Of a stretch of DNA of 64,000 nt, positions 39,101-53,500 are shown one piece after another (the stretch's first letter is position 1; each line of letters begins with the position of its first letter). The position numbers and the translations under genes were made by a program. Below the pieces are notes generated by a model. It was not told the origin of the DNA. It was given only the letters and a program-made list of their open reading frames with translations, and ran no database searches. Source of the DNA: Yuukianura sp. NJ FZ-2021 (taxonomy: Eukaryota); the NCBI GenBank assembly GCA_046563655.1, contig CM102290.1:4402001-4466000 (forward strand), written 5' to 3'.

Positions 39101-39732
39101 CTTAGTTTTAAATGACGAAACTATTTTGTCTAAACTGATAGGTTAGTGACTTAATTTAAGTTGGCGGGATTGCTGTTGTTACTCAAAGTGTGATGATCCT
39201 ATGTATCTGATATTAAGTTTAGCCGTTGGAATCAAGTCGATTAAATATGCATAACTGTTTCTGACTGACGGGTGATTGTTGAGGCCATTGAATTTGCTTA
39301 CGAAATTATATCGTGGCTTAACTGTTAAATTGAATTCCCATCCGCCAGTAGTTTCTAATCCGAATTCATTAATTTTTTAACGACCGCTAGTACGGGATCC
39401 CAGGACAAAAAGCGTTAGGAACACAATGACTGAGCAGTCTCAGGGCTCCTGACTGATGCGCGGGTAGTTACGAAACGCAGAGAATCAAAACGAGGACGAT
39501 GACCTTTCGGAAGAAGTTGGATCTTTCAATTTTTACTGCCGCCTTTATTTGATCTCTTATGTGCTAACTATTGAATTTTCCCAACAGCATTTCCTTTGTC
39601 AACAAGTAACAATGGCCGAATTAGGAAGCTATCTGCAGTTGTATTTTAAACCTGAAAGATTTTCTTTTGTTGCAGTCTGCCTGAGAGGGCTAACAATCAA
39701 CCGCCTGGATTCCTAAGGACAAACTCTAGGGA

Positions 39733-42700
39733 ATGCTCGAAATGGATCACGGTGCATCAGACAGGGCGGGAACATTCCATGAATTCAAATTCAAAACGTT
39801 TCTAGTCGTGGTGCTAATTGGTTACATCACACTATCCCGGCCTGTGCATGGAAGTAAGTTGGCATAACTTTGTAAAATATACGTAAATAGTTATAATTAG
39901 TGTAAGTGTTTTCAACTTAAATGCTGTTTACACATTGGACTGAAATGGTCAGCAGACATAACACTTGTAGAGACAATGAAATTGGTAAACAATTAAAAAT
40001 GAATTGAAGTTCTTTGAAAATTGGCATAAACAAAGTGACCAAACTGCCAAAAATGCTTTTGAAAAAAAGACGTTCCAAGTTGGAATAACTGCAGGAATTG
40101 AACGGACAGGACCTTTAGATGGCAATTAAAATTAATACGAAAAATGACAACTCACTTTTGTTTGTACAAAACCGGTATATGATACCTTAATTCAACATTT
40201 GGTTGAAAATGTCACTCCGTAAATTGTAAATGTAGGATTTACAAAAAGTTTAAAATTTGTTGAACAAAAAGGTTTCTCGGAATTTGCACACACACACTAA
40301 TCCTGGACTTGTTTTTTGATTAATTGTGACTTGTCTACTGTTGTAAATTGAATTAATGTGACATTAACTTTTACAACTGCCATCCATAATCCATTGTCAA
40401 CTACATATTTACTGCGGATCTGCAGAGAAAAAAACAAGACTTTTGCTCAAGACTTGAACCCCGAATTCAAAGTCCTCATAAAGCCCTGTCATGCAATTCG
40501 GGGTTCACGGAAAGCCACACCTCCAAAAGTTCATTCAAGGTTGAGGCAGATGTGGAGGCTGTTGACTGATGGCTCGGCGCAGTCGCACTGCCAAACGGTG
40601 TTTGCACTTTGAATTCACGGCGTGGCTAATCTTCGTTCTTTTAAATGTTTTTTGAACAGGTCCAATTAACAGGCAAGCCGGCATAAATGAAAATGTTTAC
40701 ATCACAGTACAGAATGACACATACGGAATTGAACAAAGAGGTAACACGGTTATATTCTACATATGTCGTATTTACACTTCCAGGAGACTGCTGTGGGGTT
40801 GAGTAGCGTCTTCCTGGAACTCAAATCGAAAGAAACGAATACAATTTTCAAGTGGTTTATTTATTTTTTGAATTTGATTTTTTGTACTTTCAGTTTGTTC
40901 TATCGACTCCATGACATATGAAGATGGAGAATCGATTCCCACTTCATCACTATGCGAACACTGCGTTTGTCGTCCGCCAGGATTTGCTTGTACTATAATT
41001 AGTTGCGAGTATCGTCCAGGATGTAAAGCATTGAAGAGATCGGATCAGTGCTGTCCGGAATATCAATGCGGTAAGAAATCAGTGTATCGATGCATATACT
41101 TTCCCGGAAATCCAATTTCAAAACATCACAAAAAAACACAGTGCTTGTGATGTTACAATTTCATCTTGGGTAACTTCGAACCAATTTTTTTTTTTGCAAA
41201 ACAGAAAGTCTTTTATTGGTGTCACTTCGAAAAGTTTCGCTTTACACGTTTTTTCCCGCTCCAAATTTTCAAGCCCGGTCTACTACTTAATGAAATTGCA
41301 AATTGACCTTATGACTTCTGCTGAAGTCAAGGTTTGTTTGTGTGACCGGTATGTTATTCAATGATAACGCAAGTTCAGAATACCATTGAGACTTGCAGCC
41401 GTGATTGTTTACAGGTATTCGGCACACAATACAAGGCGTAAATTAATTAAATTATTCTAAGAGGGAAATTCGAGTCATCAAGATCACTTTCCTATCTATT
41501 CAACACCTCTGTTAAAGCAGAAGGCGCTTCTTAACAACTTTTACTTTTTTTTCTTGCTACTCATTCCCTCGTAGCGCTTTTCTTTCGAGAAAAAGTTCTT
41601 GTTTCACTTTTAGAAGAAAGTAATCAAATTAAAGTCTTCGTTCTTAAGTTATAAATGGAAGGAATAGTACATGATGTAGTAAGTCTTTAGCTGAGATTTA
41701 GACTCGCTTTCCTTCTAAAACCAATTCATCTTGTGTGTCCTTTCTTCAAAACTTTCTTGGAAAGTTTCCATGTCCTTGGACGAAGTAACCTAATAATCTA
41801 CGCCTCCAAGTTCCCAAAAGCTTCATGGAAATTAATCGGCTCCAGAGCATCGTCATGCTTTCGTTGGAATTACGTTTAGCTTCAATTTTAAATTATGCTT
41901 TGACTTTATGATTCGCGAAGTAACATAAACGTGTGTTTCCAATTTAAAAAATGAAATCAGAACGCAGTTTGGAGAATAAAATGTTTTTGCATTAAAAAAA
42001 TACTAGCGAAGTTCAATATAATTCGACGCATTTTTTAATTATGGCGTTGACTTTTCAGAAAAATTCGTTTATCAAAAACGCTTGCACGTGAAATAAAAAA
42101 GCCCAAAATTCCTTATTCTCCTTTGCTTTTTGAGACAAAATTATGAAAATATATTTGATGAAAATTTCTTTGATTTCCTTTAGAGTGTGAAAAGAATGGG
42201 AAAATCTACCAAAATGGAGAAAAGATTTTGGACGATAACAATCCGTGTGAAGTATGTTACTGTCAAGGGGGTGACGTCATTTGTGCCATCATTGACTGCT
42301 ACTGGCGAAGTGACTGTCAGCCGCGCTATATCGAAAATAGATGCTGTCCTCTCTATGACCACTGTCCACCTCCGTCAGGTAAGTCTCCGAATAGCATATA
42401 ACATAGCGTTTCATTATATAATTTTTTTTATGATGTCAGTGCACGGTCCAATGAGACCCACTCACCGACCTACAACAATGTCAACGACGACCTTCAGCAG
42501 CCCCATGTTTTGGCTCAATATGAGTTCAGCCATTTATGCCACTCCGACCACACCCAGAAAACCAGTCGTATCGACAACAATCACTACACCAATCAGCGTC
42601 CAGCAAGAGGTGGACTCCAACGATGTCGCAGCGGCCATTGACTCAGGCGCTGCAGGCACTTCGACATCAACCGTGCAACAACTTGACAATTTTGGAGATT

Positions 42701-45624
42701 TGGACAATGACAAATCTAGCGGCAATCTTTTGGATAGCCAGCAGTCTGCGCCGGTTAAAGATAGCTCAGGGGCAACGTCAGAAGCCATTTCGAAACCAGC
42801 AGTAGATTCAGAATCAGAATTTCAAGACACGGCGGATCCAGAAGTGCCTAAAATTCCAGAAATTGCTGAAACTTCCACTCCACTTTCGCAGGAAAACATT
42901 GTCACAGAAGTAGAACTTGCGCAGGCGTCGTCTCAAAACCCAGTAGTTGCAATTGCTGAGATCATTCCCGTACAGGCAACATCAGATGAAGAATCTATTG
43001 AAAATGCAGTTTCTGCGGAATCGCCACGCCCAGTAGCAGTCGTAGAACCAATTGCTTCCACGTTGCCTCCGGCCATTGTGTTACTGGAAGGAACCGTTCC
43101 AGGAAACACAGTAGAACCTCAGTCCACATCACGTCCGGAAGGCTCTGACGCAGCGACTGTTGCTCAAAATCAATCCGAGAAACCAAAAGAGCCAGTTATA
43201 TCCATAGAATCTGTCGTTGAAGTAATGGAAACATCGACATCTTCGCCTCCTGTGATTCAAAATGATGCTGTAGAGACAACACCAGCGGCACTCATTGACG
43301 AAGTGGAGCCTATTATATCCGATGGGGTCACTCCAGACGAAATTCCATTGGTGGTTGATGAGCTTGAACCAATAATTTCCGAAGTCATCGTACAAGATGA
43401 AGTCACCAGTGAAAGCCCAGCAATGAGTGATAAAATTCCAATTGAGTCACTGAATTCTGAAACCACGGTAACACCAGCCACCGATGCGGAAACAGATTCT
43501 AAAGTTCAACATGACATGTCCCCTGTTACCCAAAACTCAAATTCTGATTCGGCATCTCCCACCGATCCTCTTCCGACGCTGACACCGAGTTCAGAAACCG
43601 AACCGTTCCCTGTTGGAAGTATTACGATCATACCGACGGGCAGTTATTCTTCCTCGGAATACTTGATGTCCACTGTCGTGACTACTCCAGAGGAAAGCAG
43701 CAGTGTCCAACCACATGAAATAATTCCTTCAACAACCGTCATAGTCTCAGTGCCCACACTGCTGGTCGTTTCTGAAGACATTCCTCAAGAACAGTCAAGT
43801 TCAAATGACAACGACCAACAGCAACCGAATGCTGACCCGGCTGTTACTGCTACTCCGGCAGTCGATACGGAGTTGGACGCTACGGTGGCTCCACATGAGG
43901 TCAGCACTGATCATGGGCCAGTCTTCCTGCCAGCTCCAGTTCCAGAAAATATTCCAGGACATAGCAAGGAAACGAACACAGAAGTTTCTATTCCAAGTAT
44001 CGAACTGGAACCACCAAAATCTGAAGTCGGAGAACCAGAACCGCCCAAAGTGAACACAAGTTTTGACGACTTGCCAGTGTTTCTGGTTCCACCAAAAGAA
44101 AATCCAGAATCATCTGAAGATACAAATCAACCTAATCCTTCTTATGCTGAGCTGGCAGTGTCAGACGATTTTTCTGTGACGACCACTCCAGAACCAATGG
44201 CAACCGATTTCCCTCCAGTACAAAACGTCGTTCCAGCTGAACATATTCCACCCGTTATCGTTGACTTAGACACTGGTATGACCGAGAAGCCCGATGAAAT
44301 TCAAATTGCAACTGAAGTACAAGCTGATGGAATTTCAAATGAAAATCAAGATCTAGATACTTTTGTTGTCGAAGCTACGACGCTCAGAGCCCCAGCAGAA
44401 ATTAGCATGGGATCCGGCATGTCGGAAGTCCTTTCCGAAAACGAAGTGAAACCCGAGTCTCAATCGGTTTCAACCGAAGCGGTAGTTGCAATTGAGTCGC
44501 TTGCTGGACTGCATGATGAAGTTTCGGAGCAGAATCCCGAGAATGGTGGAAACGCAGTCAATACTGAACCCGTGACGAATCCTCCATCCACAGTAGCACT
44601 AGCTCAACCAATTGCTTCTGCAGAAGAGTCTGTTGTGTTTGATGAAAAGGTCAACGACCTTTTGGATCAACTTGACGAAACTACGCAGAATCCAGTCAGT
44701 GATGTTTCATATTCAGAAGTAGTCAAAGTTCCAGAGGAAGCAGAAACTTCCAGTCCAATTATTGACGAATTAGTTCGGAATATGACGAGCGACAACATTG
44801 AAATTGATCCAATTCCCAATGATCACGAGTTTCATGGCCAACAAGGTGATACTGCGCAGGATGTTACCGAAACAACGACAGGAGGTAAGGTTGCTAGTAC
44901 GCAGCATGATACGACAGAATCTCCAAATGAAGAAAAATTTCGACTCGATTTATCGATATTCTCTGACGAAAGTACGGATCTAAAAACGCAACCAGACACT
45001 ACCGTCACTGAAATGGCGGCAACGGAAAGTCAAGTTATTTTTGATACGATTCATCCGGAGTCGCACCTTCCCGAGTCTCTGACTGAACTCCGCAATATTC
45101 CAGTTCAAACTGATGTTCCGGATGTCGTGACAGCTCCAGAGACGACTGATGCCGAGGTAGTTCACGATGAAGTTACAACTGTTTTGCCATCGCTGCTTCT
45201 CCAGCGTCATCACCTTCCAGGCCACTTGACAGACTCTGATGCTGAGGGACCCACTGCGATTCCTGCAGATCATCTTAATATTCCGGCCGATCATGTCACT
45301 GATGTTCCAGCGGAGGTCAAAGTACCAACAAACATGCCAACGGCAAGTACCGGGTCACCGCCTATCATTCAGAATGACTTGATCAAAAAAGTAGATCCAA
45401 TTTCGGATGATCTCGAAAGTGTCCTCGGAAATGGAGATTTGCGAAGTGACGCTGACAATGAAGTGTCGAGTGTAGATTCAACTTGGTACTGGAGAACCTA
45501 TGACCGAGTTAGAAGCCTTTTCCCAAGTTCCCCTGAAAAATCAAGCCGAAAACCACGAAGTGTAAGCGATCCAGTTGAGGCCAAGGCCAAATACTGGGGG
45601 TTTCCTAGGCTTCTTTTCTGGTAA
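39733..45624 (+). CDS. Secreted VWC-domain/mucin-like protein A (~1252 aa): signal peptide, 2 VWC modules, ~1,000-aa acidic S/T/P/E/D-rich region, short aromatic/basic tail. Tenectin/tenebrin-like architecture.
   Basis: Exons 39733-39853, 40660-40740, 40894-41070, 42184-42378, 42440-45624 join in frame through GT-AG phase-1 introns (3759 nt). Hydrophobic signal FLVVVLIGYITLSRPVHG. VWC1 CSIDSMTYEDGE..CEHCVC..ACTIISC..CCPEYQC; VWC2 CEKNGKIYQNGE..PCEVCYCQGGDVICAIIDC..CCPLYDHC. The first ~84 residues of the 1145-aa track ORF are a wrong-frame read of exon 4 plus intron. The start could instead be ATG 39742. Confidence 0.85.
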
Positions 45625-48031
45625 CTTTGAAAGAGTTGTTTAGAACTTCTTTTGCCATCTTTTGATTTTAGCTCAACACTTTAGAAAGGTAAAAAAAAAA
45701 ATTCAATGGAAAAGTGAAAGATGGAGTAGAATCACTGTGAGAGTCAAAGTAAAAAAATTCTGTCAAATTTTTTAATAACATTGTTCCAAAATTTAAAAAA
45801 AAAGGATCCTAACACTGATTTCTCGTAGGTTGCTAATTTTGTAATTTTCTAGTTAAATCGGGGTTTTAGAATTAACTCTTTTTTTTTAAATTTTGTCATC
45901 GTTATGCTTAGATGCTGACATTTTTGTCATAGAGAGACTTGTTGCATTTGACCAATTGCAACTCCGGTTGATGTGATGGTTGTAATTATTGTTGATTATT
46001 GGGACAAGGAAAATGAAGGTGTTTACAGGGTTTATTTTAGTCCAACAATTTTTATTGTTGTTGTTGATAATGTGCATAATCATAGTTTAGTTCCATGCTA
46101 TGCTATTGGGGAGGTGCTTTTTTTCTTAAATGGCGTCGCTCAAACACACTGTACCTGTACTGTCCGCTTCCGCTTTCGAAATAGAAATTGAAGGAAATTG
46201 GGCATGAACATAAACATCACTTTTGGTTTTAAGTTGTTTGGTTTAATGTATAATCTTTTAAAAATCTCTAACTTTAGAAGTGGGTAGGTATTGCAGAATT
46301 CAATTTTTTTAAGAAAGAGACAGAATTAAATTTTCCTTAGCTTGCAGAATCTCTGCATATTGTCTGCCTGCTCTAATAAAGACAATCACAACTATGGTAC
46401 TTAAAGTAAACTTAATTAAATACATAAAATAACAATTATCGAAGTTCTAACTTTAGAATTTTCAAACTTTCAGTTAATTTGCAGTTAAGCAACAAAAATA
46501 ACGTTTTAATCTCTGTGTCACATATCGTACCTTTAGAGCTGTAATTAACCTGCGCATTTAAATGTCATCTTTTGAAGAAAAAAAAAGCCATGGCATAAAA
46601 ATAGGCAGTGTCTGAAATTCCATTGTCAAATTTCAATTATTTAGTAAGTGTTTCTGTATTATAATGACATTATTCATTAATTAGTATCTGTTAAAAATCC
46701 TTACAAAATTGTTAAATAAAATTTTGGTTAAAAAATTTTTAATTTTTTTTCCATCGTGCGACACTCATATTGAAAAAAAATATTCCTATGTGATGCATTC
46801 CTATATTCATACTTGGAATCGTGAGGAAAAGGACGATGGTTTCACTTTCAGTAAAATATTAACCTGTAGAACAAGTTACACAAAAATCCAAACAACTTTC
46901 GATTAAAATTTATTCTTTAAATATTGCAAGCTGATCTTAGAACTGCATTTAACATTGAAATCGAAAGTAATTTACAACCCCCCCCCCTCCCGTTTCTTCT
47001 TTTTGTGTATTCTCCCTAACCCATGTATAGGGGCGGGGTGGTGTACGCAATTAAGTGTTGTTTTGTTTTTCTGAGATACTATAAGTTAAAACGAAGTGGG
47101 TCGAATCGTTTGTCATTGTTCAAAAAAATTACTAAAGTTTTAAGCTTTCTCAACCCTTTGACAAAGACTTGTACAAATTGGATTCTGCTGTCACTTTGCG
47201 TTGAAAATTAGCCTGCAATTGTAATTGTAAACCAAGTTGCATAAACTAATACTCTTGCTCCACATTCACAAATTCCAATTGTTATTTATTTCAAATTCCA
47301 AATTGTATTGCTTCATTGAACCAGGAAATGGTTAAATGTTTAATTAAAACAAAGTCTGCCATAATAGAGTTGAGAGAAATCTGAGGCATTTGCAAAAATT
47401 AAGTTGAAGGTTCAACGTTATTTTAACTGGATTTTAACGATGCGAACTAAATACTGTTTAGCTTTTTGCAACATAAATATAATTTTTAAAACACATTTTT
47501 TTGAAAAAAAAAAGTGAAAGCAGAAGCTATTACAGCCGAAATGTTATGAACAGATTAATTAAAGCCACGTGAAATGATTTATGGCCCACTAAAATTAAAA
47601 TTTGAAATTATGAAGTCATTGCAATTTTAGAAAAATGTTTTAGAAAACGATTATGCTCGTACAGATGTAATTCTAAAACAGGTTAAAATAGTTTCGCTTG
47701 AACTTTCCCACCGTGTTGAATTGATTTTTGCAGAACAGATAGTCCAAGATGTCACTAAATCATCATTAGGCATAGAGTCTGCGTAGTTAGTAGAAACTGA
47801 TTGGTGAAAGCTAAGGAAATATACAAAGTAATGCCCCTGTGCCCCCTTTCGCTAGTCAATTATGCTCTAACAAATTCATGGGAGAAGTGCTCGAGGAAGA
47901 ATAATGGGATCAGATGTGCGCGAAGAAGAAATTGGCCACGTCTGCGCAGAACAGAATCGTAGTTTGTGTGCACTTAAAAAATCATCATCACTGAAAGATT
48001 TGGTTTGACGTTGGAGGAAAATGGCCTCCCA

Positions 48032-48039
48032 TATATAAA
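48032..48039 (+). promoter_or_regulatory. TATA box of the small secreted-protein gene
   Basis: TATATAAA in a locally GC-richer context about 180 nt upstream of ATG 48213; a possible 5' UTR intron lies at 48107-48159. Confidence 0.55.
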
Positions 48040-48212
48040 CATCGACGTCGAGGGAACTGTCCTCAAATTTCCCTCTGCTGTCCCTTGAACTGTTTTCAAA
48101 ACTTCCGTATCATTTTCTTTTCAAATTCAAATTGATTTTTCTTCTGAATTTTTAAATAGGAACTACATTTTTATACCATAACCTTCCCAATTTTAAAATC
48201 AGTATATTCCAA

Positions 48213-48609
48213 ATGCGTCCTATTTGCATTTGTACTTTTGTGGTTGTTGTTCTTGTGGCTGTCGTTTGCGGCATGCCAGCTCCGCAGTATCTGGAAGAAG
48301 CCGTACGACAGGCTCAGGCTATGCAACTGCTTCCACCCTACGCCGTAGTTGACAAAACAGCTCCAGGAATTCAGGTTAACATTTCTTAAATTCAAATTCT
48401 TTTTAAACTTAACATAGTAGAAATTTTGTGGGATTTTCATGGAAAATTTGAATTTTGATGTCAATTCTTGGTTGCGGTGGTAGGTGGCGTACTACAAGTT
48501 GGGCCCACACGACCGAGTGGATCTGCAGAATGCCCTGGGTGGAGCAGTTCCGCATGATGTCGTGGCCAGCTTGGAATCTCAGGTCGATTCCATTGGAAAA
48601 ATTTACTGA
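48213..48609 (+). CDS. Small secreted protein, 95 aa, two exons, unknown function
   Basis: Exon 48213-48374 (CAG/GTTAAC) and exon 48484-48609 (TAG/GTG), phase 0, give MRPICICTFVVVVLVAVVCG-MPAPQYLEEAVRQAQAMQLLPPYAVVDKTAPGIQVAYYKLGPHDRVDLQNALGGAVPHDVVASLESQVDSIGKIY*. CAAATG start context, clear signal peptide, GC-rich exons in AT-rich flanks, upstream TATA box, AATAAA at ~48767. Confidence 0.8.
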
Positions 48610-50556
48610 TGAGGATTTGACTGGCTTAACTTTGTCCAACTAAGTCATCCATCTTCACAAGACATAACTGCATCTCATCTCGACTTATTACCAATCAAAG
48701 CAAAGCAAAAGTACTAAAAACGCATGCGCAAATTTTTAAAAAGAAAAAAGTTAAAATCCTAAAAAAAATAAATTTATTTTTTGATTCAAAGGGGATTGAT
48801 TTTTCTCCTTTGTAAATTCGGTTGAAACTTTAAATTTAAAAAAGTTACACATTTTTAGAACACAATTTTTTCCCCAAGTTTTCTTTCTTCAGATGCACAT
48901 TAGATAGTTGTGAAGCATCAAGGCACAATCCTTAATCACTCATAATTTGCAGTTTTAAGCCTGAATTGGTAAAATCCACTTTCAATGCCTTTGTTCAATT
49001 TTTGAGAGAAAAACAAGTTTTCTCAAAAATTACTTTCTGTTGATGCATTCCTGGAAGCCCGTTCATAGCCGCCCAAGACCTTTGATGTATCATCTTGAAA
49101 GATCAAAATTTGAATCCAATTTTTGCAAAAATCGTGGAGCTTTTGGTTTGTTTTTACGGACCTTTGCTTTTGACAAGTATTGCAACAGCTATCTAATTGG
49201 AAAGAAGGAGTTTGAGTGGTTGCCAATTCTAATGAGGTTCGAGAGAAAATGGAAAGTGACCAGAGATGACTTTTAGAAACGTGCAAGGGGAAACCGTAGC
49301 AGATAGTTACTTCCTTCCGCCTCTTCCTCGCTGTAGCAACCACAGAATGTACAGTACTGCACGTGGGAACGAATAATGTGCTTGAATTGTTGCAGAGATT
49401 GAAAGTTTTTATAAGAATCAAAGCTCGTTCTCTCTTAGATTTCGAAGTGGATTTGGAAACAATGGAGGGCACTGAGCTTGGGATATCATAATATCATAAA
49501 CGTAACTGTGAAATTTATTTGCAAGGGAATGCCAACTTGTGATTCAATTCAAATGAACCTGTTGGGACTTCCAACCACAACATAAATCTTGTGAAGACGC
49601 TTACGACAATTATCATTTAACAAGTCAATTTCGACTTGGTTCTAGTTTTCACCCCCCAAAAAAATAATTCGTTCTATTTCAAATTTCAAATTTTAAACAG
49701 TTCAAGTTCTAAACTGCACTTCTACAGCTAAAGTTGATGCATTTTGCAAATTTTGAGTAAATAATCTATATAACACTTATTTTGACAAAAATTAATAAAA
49801 AATTATTATTAAAATAAAATAAAAAGAAAAAATAAATTACATTTTCTAATTTAGATTAGTTTTTTTGGCATAAAAAAGCTAACGAATTCTGTTGTGTAAT
49901 GGGTTTTTCGTCTCCTGTGGCCTTTGAAATGACGAAAAATAAAGAACTCGTTGGTTATGCATGACCTTTAGTGACCTTTTGGCTGTTTTCCGGAAGGGAG
50001 ATGAACCGGAGTACTATTTTTAAATTAGTCTCTTGAATGCCAGAAGACAATGACTTGTTATTCTATGGTGTCCTGCTGACTGTGAGCGATGGATGGAGTG
50101 GAGGGTAATTTGAAATTGTTGTCTTTGGTCTTGGACCTGGTCCTGCTGCGTCTGGTTTTTTAAGATGGACTTCGTAAGTGTTGTGGAGAATTGTTATCCA
50201 AAATAAGTGTTGTGGGTATAACAATGGAAGTGGCCAATCCCATCTTCCAAGTGGAATGGAAGTGCTTAAGTGGTAATAAAGGCTCTTGTGAAAACATAGG
50301 TAGGTCTCCCTCCTTCCTGCCTGGTATCCCAGGATTCCTCGGATTGTACCTCATCTTCTGTCATCACGTCCAAGGAAGCACCTCACTTCGTAGTCAGTTC
50401 TCAACTTGAACTTGAACTTCAGCCAGTTCTCACCAATTGGTCCAGTGCACTCTACAAATTACTTGCAACAACTGGGTTACTAGTCAACACACGGACAGAG
50501 GGGCGCAGGAGCGCTGTCACAACAACGCAGGCTTCAAATCTACGTCACACGACGAC

Positions 50557-53500
50557 ATGACTCCTCCAGTCCAGTCGTACAATTTTATGTCGTCCAGGAT
50601 ACTCCATGTAATTGTCATCTTTGTGTCCGTCCCGCTATGTTTCTCGGGTAAAAAATATATTTTCGAAAAAGTTTTTTTTTTGTAACCAGTATCACTACTA
50701 TTACTTATTCAATCCTGAATTTTTTAAAACTTTTTTTAATTATTTTTTTTAGTTCCAATTTCAATTCAAAATGTACACAATGTGGATGTCGCAAACAACT
50801 CCCTAGTGGTCTATGAGAGGCTGTCGTTAATGCCATCAGATTCAGGTATTTCTTTTTTTTAAGTCTTTTTTTTTACAAATTGCCGGAATTGACCTGAAGT
50901 CTGTTAAATTATTCCTTGGTTAGTTGAGGCAATTTATTCAGCTTAAATGTCAACGAACAACTCGTGTTTCTGAATTTTTTTTTCATTTGCACATGAACCG
51001 GTAAACCTGCATTCAAAGTCACAATCAGACTGTTACAAGCACAATTTACGACTAGTTGTGAGCACAAGTTGCACAATGAATTGTCTTTCGTAATTCATCA
51101 AAACAGAAAATTGAGTCTCCGTGCGAAATTGAGGCGAAGTAAACAACAATAGGGAGAAAAATAGCTTCTCACCATTTCGTAATTTTCTTTCAACAATACA
51201 ATTGTAGGATTTTGAATACCCGATTTTATGAACAAGATTAAATTTGACACATGATTTAAAAGGATGAAATACTCCAATATTTGAAATTCAGAAACGAATT
51301 TTTTTTTCACACTGCGATATTATGACTTTTTTGAACAATTTTCGAAGTCTCGAACTAAAATCAAGTTTTAAGTTAACGTCACAAACTATTCCGCTAATTT
51401 CCGGATTTAATTGTGAGGTTAAAAGGTAGGTACGAATGCAATTACGTTGTGGAGTTGGGACTTTGACTGAAGCTTGGTTTTGAGCTAAATGGAATAATAA
51501 CAGGCTCACTTCAAAGATGATTAATTAGAAACCAATTTTGAATCGACACATTTGATCTTTACCACTCCTCGTCACGACCAGATCTTCAAAATAAGTTCAA
51601 AAAGTCAAAGAAGGCTATGAGCAATAAAGGCACACCCTCCATTTTTATTTGGATAAAATTCACCATTGTTTCTCTTTCCATAATTACACTTTAACCGGTA
51701 AATTTTTAACTTAGAGTCAAAGAATATAACGCTAGAGTGTGTGAAAAGGAAACAAAGGGAAGATTTACAGGATTCAGACGCTTTGCTTCCTGTCCACCAA
51801 ATCATGACATGATTCTGTCCTTCCTGCTTTACAAACACTTCAAAACGCACCGAAAAGTTCACAATGAGTCAAATTATGAAACTCAAAGTCCACAAATCGG
51901 GGTTTTCTATCCGTAGGCATTCGCACAATATTGCGTAAATAAACTTTAAAGAAACTCCCGAAGACCAAGTAAAAAAACGAAGAAAGGGAGCCTTTGGGTG
52001 AATTTTTGTTGCCAAAAAAAAAACACAAAATGGTTTGTAATATAAACAAGAGATAATTGTCAAAGAATTTTCAGAAGCAATTTCTTTTTTTGAAAAAAAA
52101 AATTGTTAGTCCGGTTTGGCACTTTCAAAGGAATTTCATTTTCTTTTATATTTCTCTATTTTGCACCACATGGGAGAAATTTTTCCAGGGGAAATCGTAC
52201 TATTTCCCTCTATATGAAGAAAAATTCATCAAACGGGCAATATATATTTTTGCGGGAAATGACAGAAAATAAATTATAAATTAATACATCATAAAAGACG
52301 ACATGATAAATAGAAAATTTCGCGCTTTGACTCAACCTTGGTCACTTCCATTCTAAAAACCTTAGTCTAATTAAAAAGCATTAATGATGATGAACTTCCC
52401 TTCATTTCCCATTATGAGATGTCATCCCATTCATTCAAATCCAAAACAACTAACTATGCATAAACTGATGCTTGAGATGTAAATCTGCTCAAAAATTTCA
52501 AAAAATCACAGGATTGCTCAGTTTCTGTTAACTATTCTGCAGTTTCTCATGTTCTTCTAATGCTTTTCTTTAGTTTGTCGCTACAAGGCGCAGACGTACT
52601 TGGCTGGAGACGTAGTGCCAACAGAAGAACCTTGCCTACGCTGTCAATGCAAAAAGCAAGCTGTAGTATGCAAGCTGCGTATTTGCACCGAGGTAGTTCC
52701 GGACGCACCGCCACCAGGTTGTGTCGTGGTCCACAAAGCAAAATCATGCTGCCCAAAGGTCGTTTGCCCAGGTAAGCTTCATTTGCTACTCCTCCGCAAA
52801 CGTCATAAAAGTTTTGGCGCATTCCATGTAAAGATTTTGGTAAGAAGAAGAGTTGCAAATGGAGATTTGATTAGGAATTTGGTGTGGTAAGCCCATTGAT
52901 GTCAGCTTCATAATTAACTGAAATCACTCGAACAAAAAGTCATCTTGTGACCATCAAGGAAAGTGCGGTGTAGTGCAACCAATCCGGTATGTACAAGTAG
53001 GCACGTCCATTACTAACTCCTACGTGAGTTCGTGCGCATCAGTGAAACAGAATAAAAGCAGTAGGATATAAATTTTCACTTAAATTTTGAAACATCCATC
53101 AGATCTGTTTTTTTGGAAACTTTTTCAAAAATTGCAAAATCTAGAAAAATGCAATCATTAACTTCTTTATTGGAAATTTCCTGCTAATTACAAACTAATT
53201 TTTATAACTTTAATTTGGGAATTTATTTATTTCAATTTATTTATTTACATATAATTATTTATAATTACATATAATTACATATTATTATTTACATATTTAT
53301 AATCTCAGAATTTTCAATAACTTTTTCAACCCACATTTTGTGGGTGTAAGTGTTGTTAAATAAAAGTTTGTAGAGTTTTTTGAAAAAAAAAAAAATTATT
53401 TACTGTAAAACTATTAAAAGTCTAAATACTTTTCATAGTATTATAATAAGTTAATTAAAATTTATTCAAAATCGACTCGAAATTAATGAAATTTGGTCGA

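Noticed and set aside
42187..42439. N-terminus of the 1145-aa track ORF taken as a single-exon gene
   Set aside because: GTG start; the same DNA encodes a clear VWC domain in another frame and contains a GT-AG intron (42379-42439).
42534..45294. Antisense and alternative-frame ORFs over the mucin exon
   Set aside because: Expected shadows of a long, codon-biased low-complexity exon; no independent gene signals.
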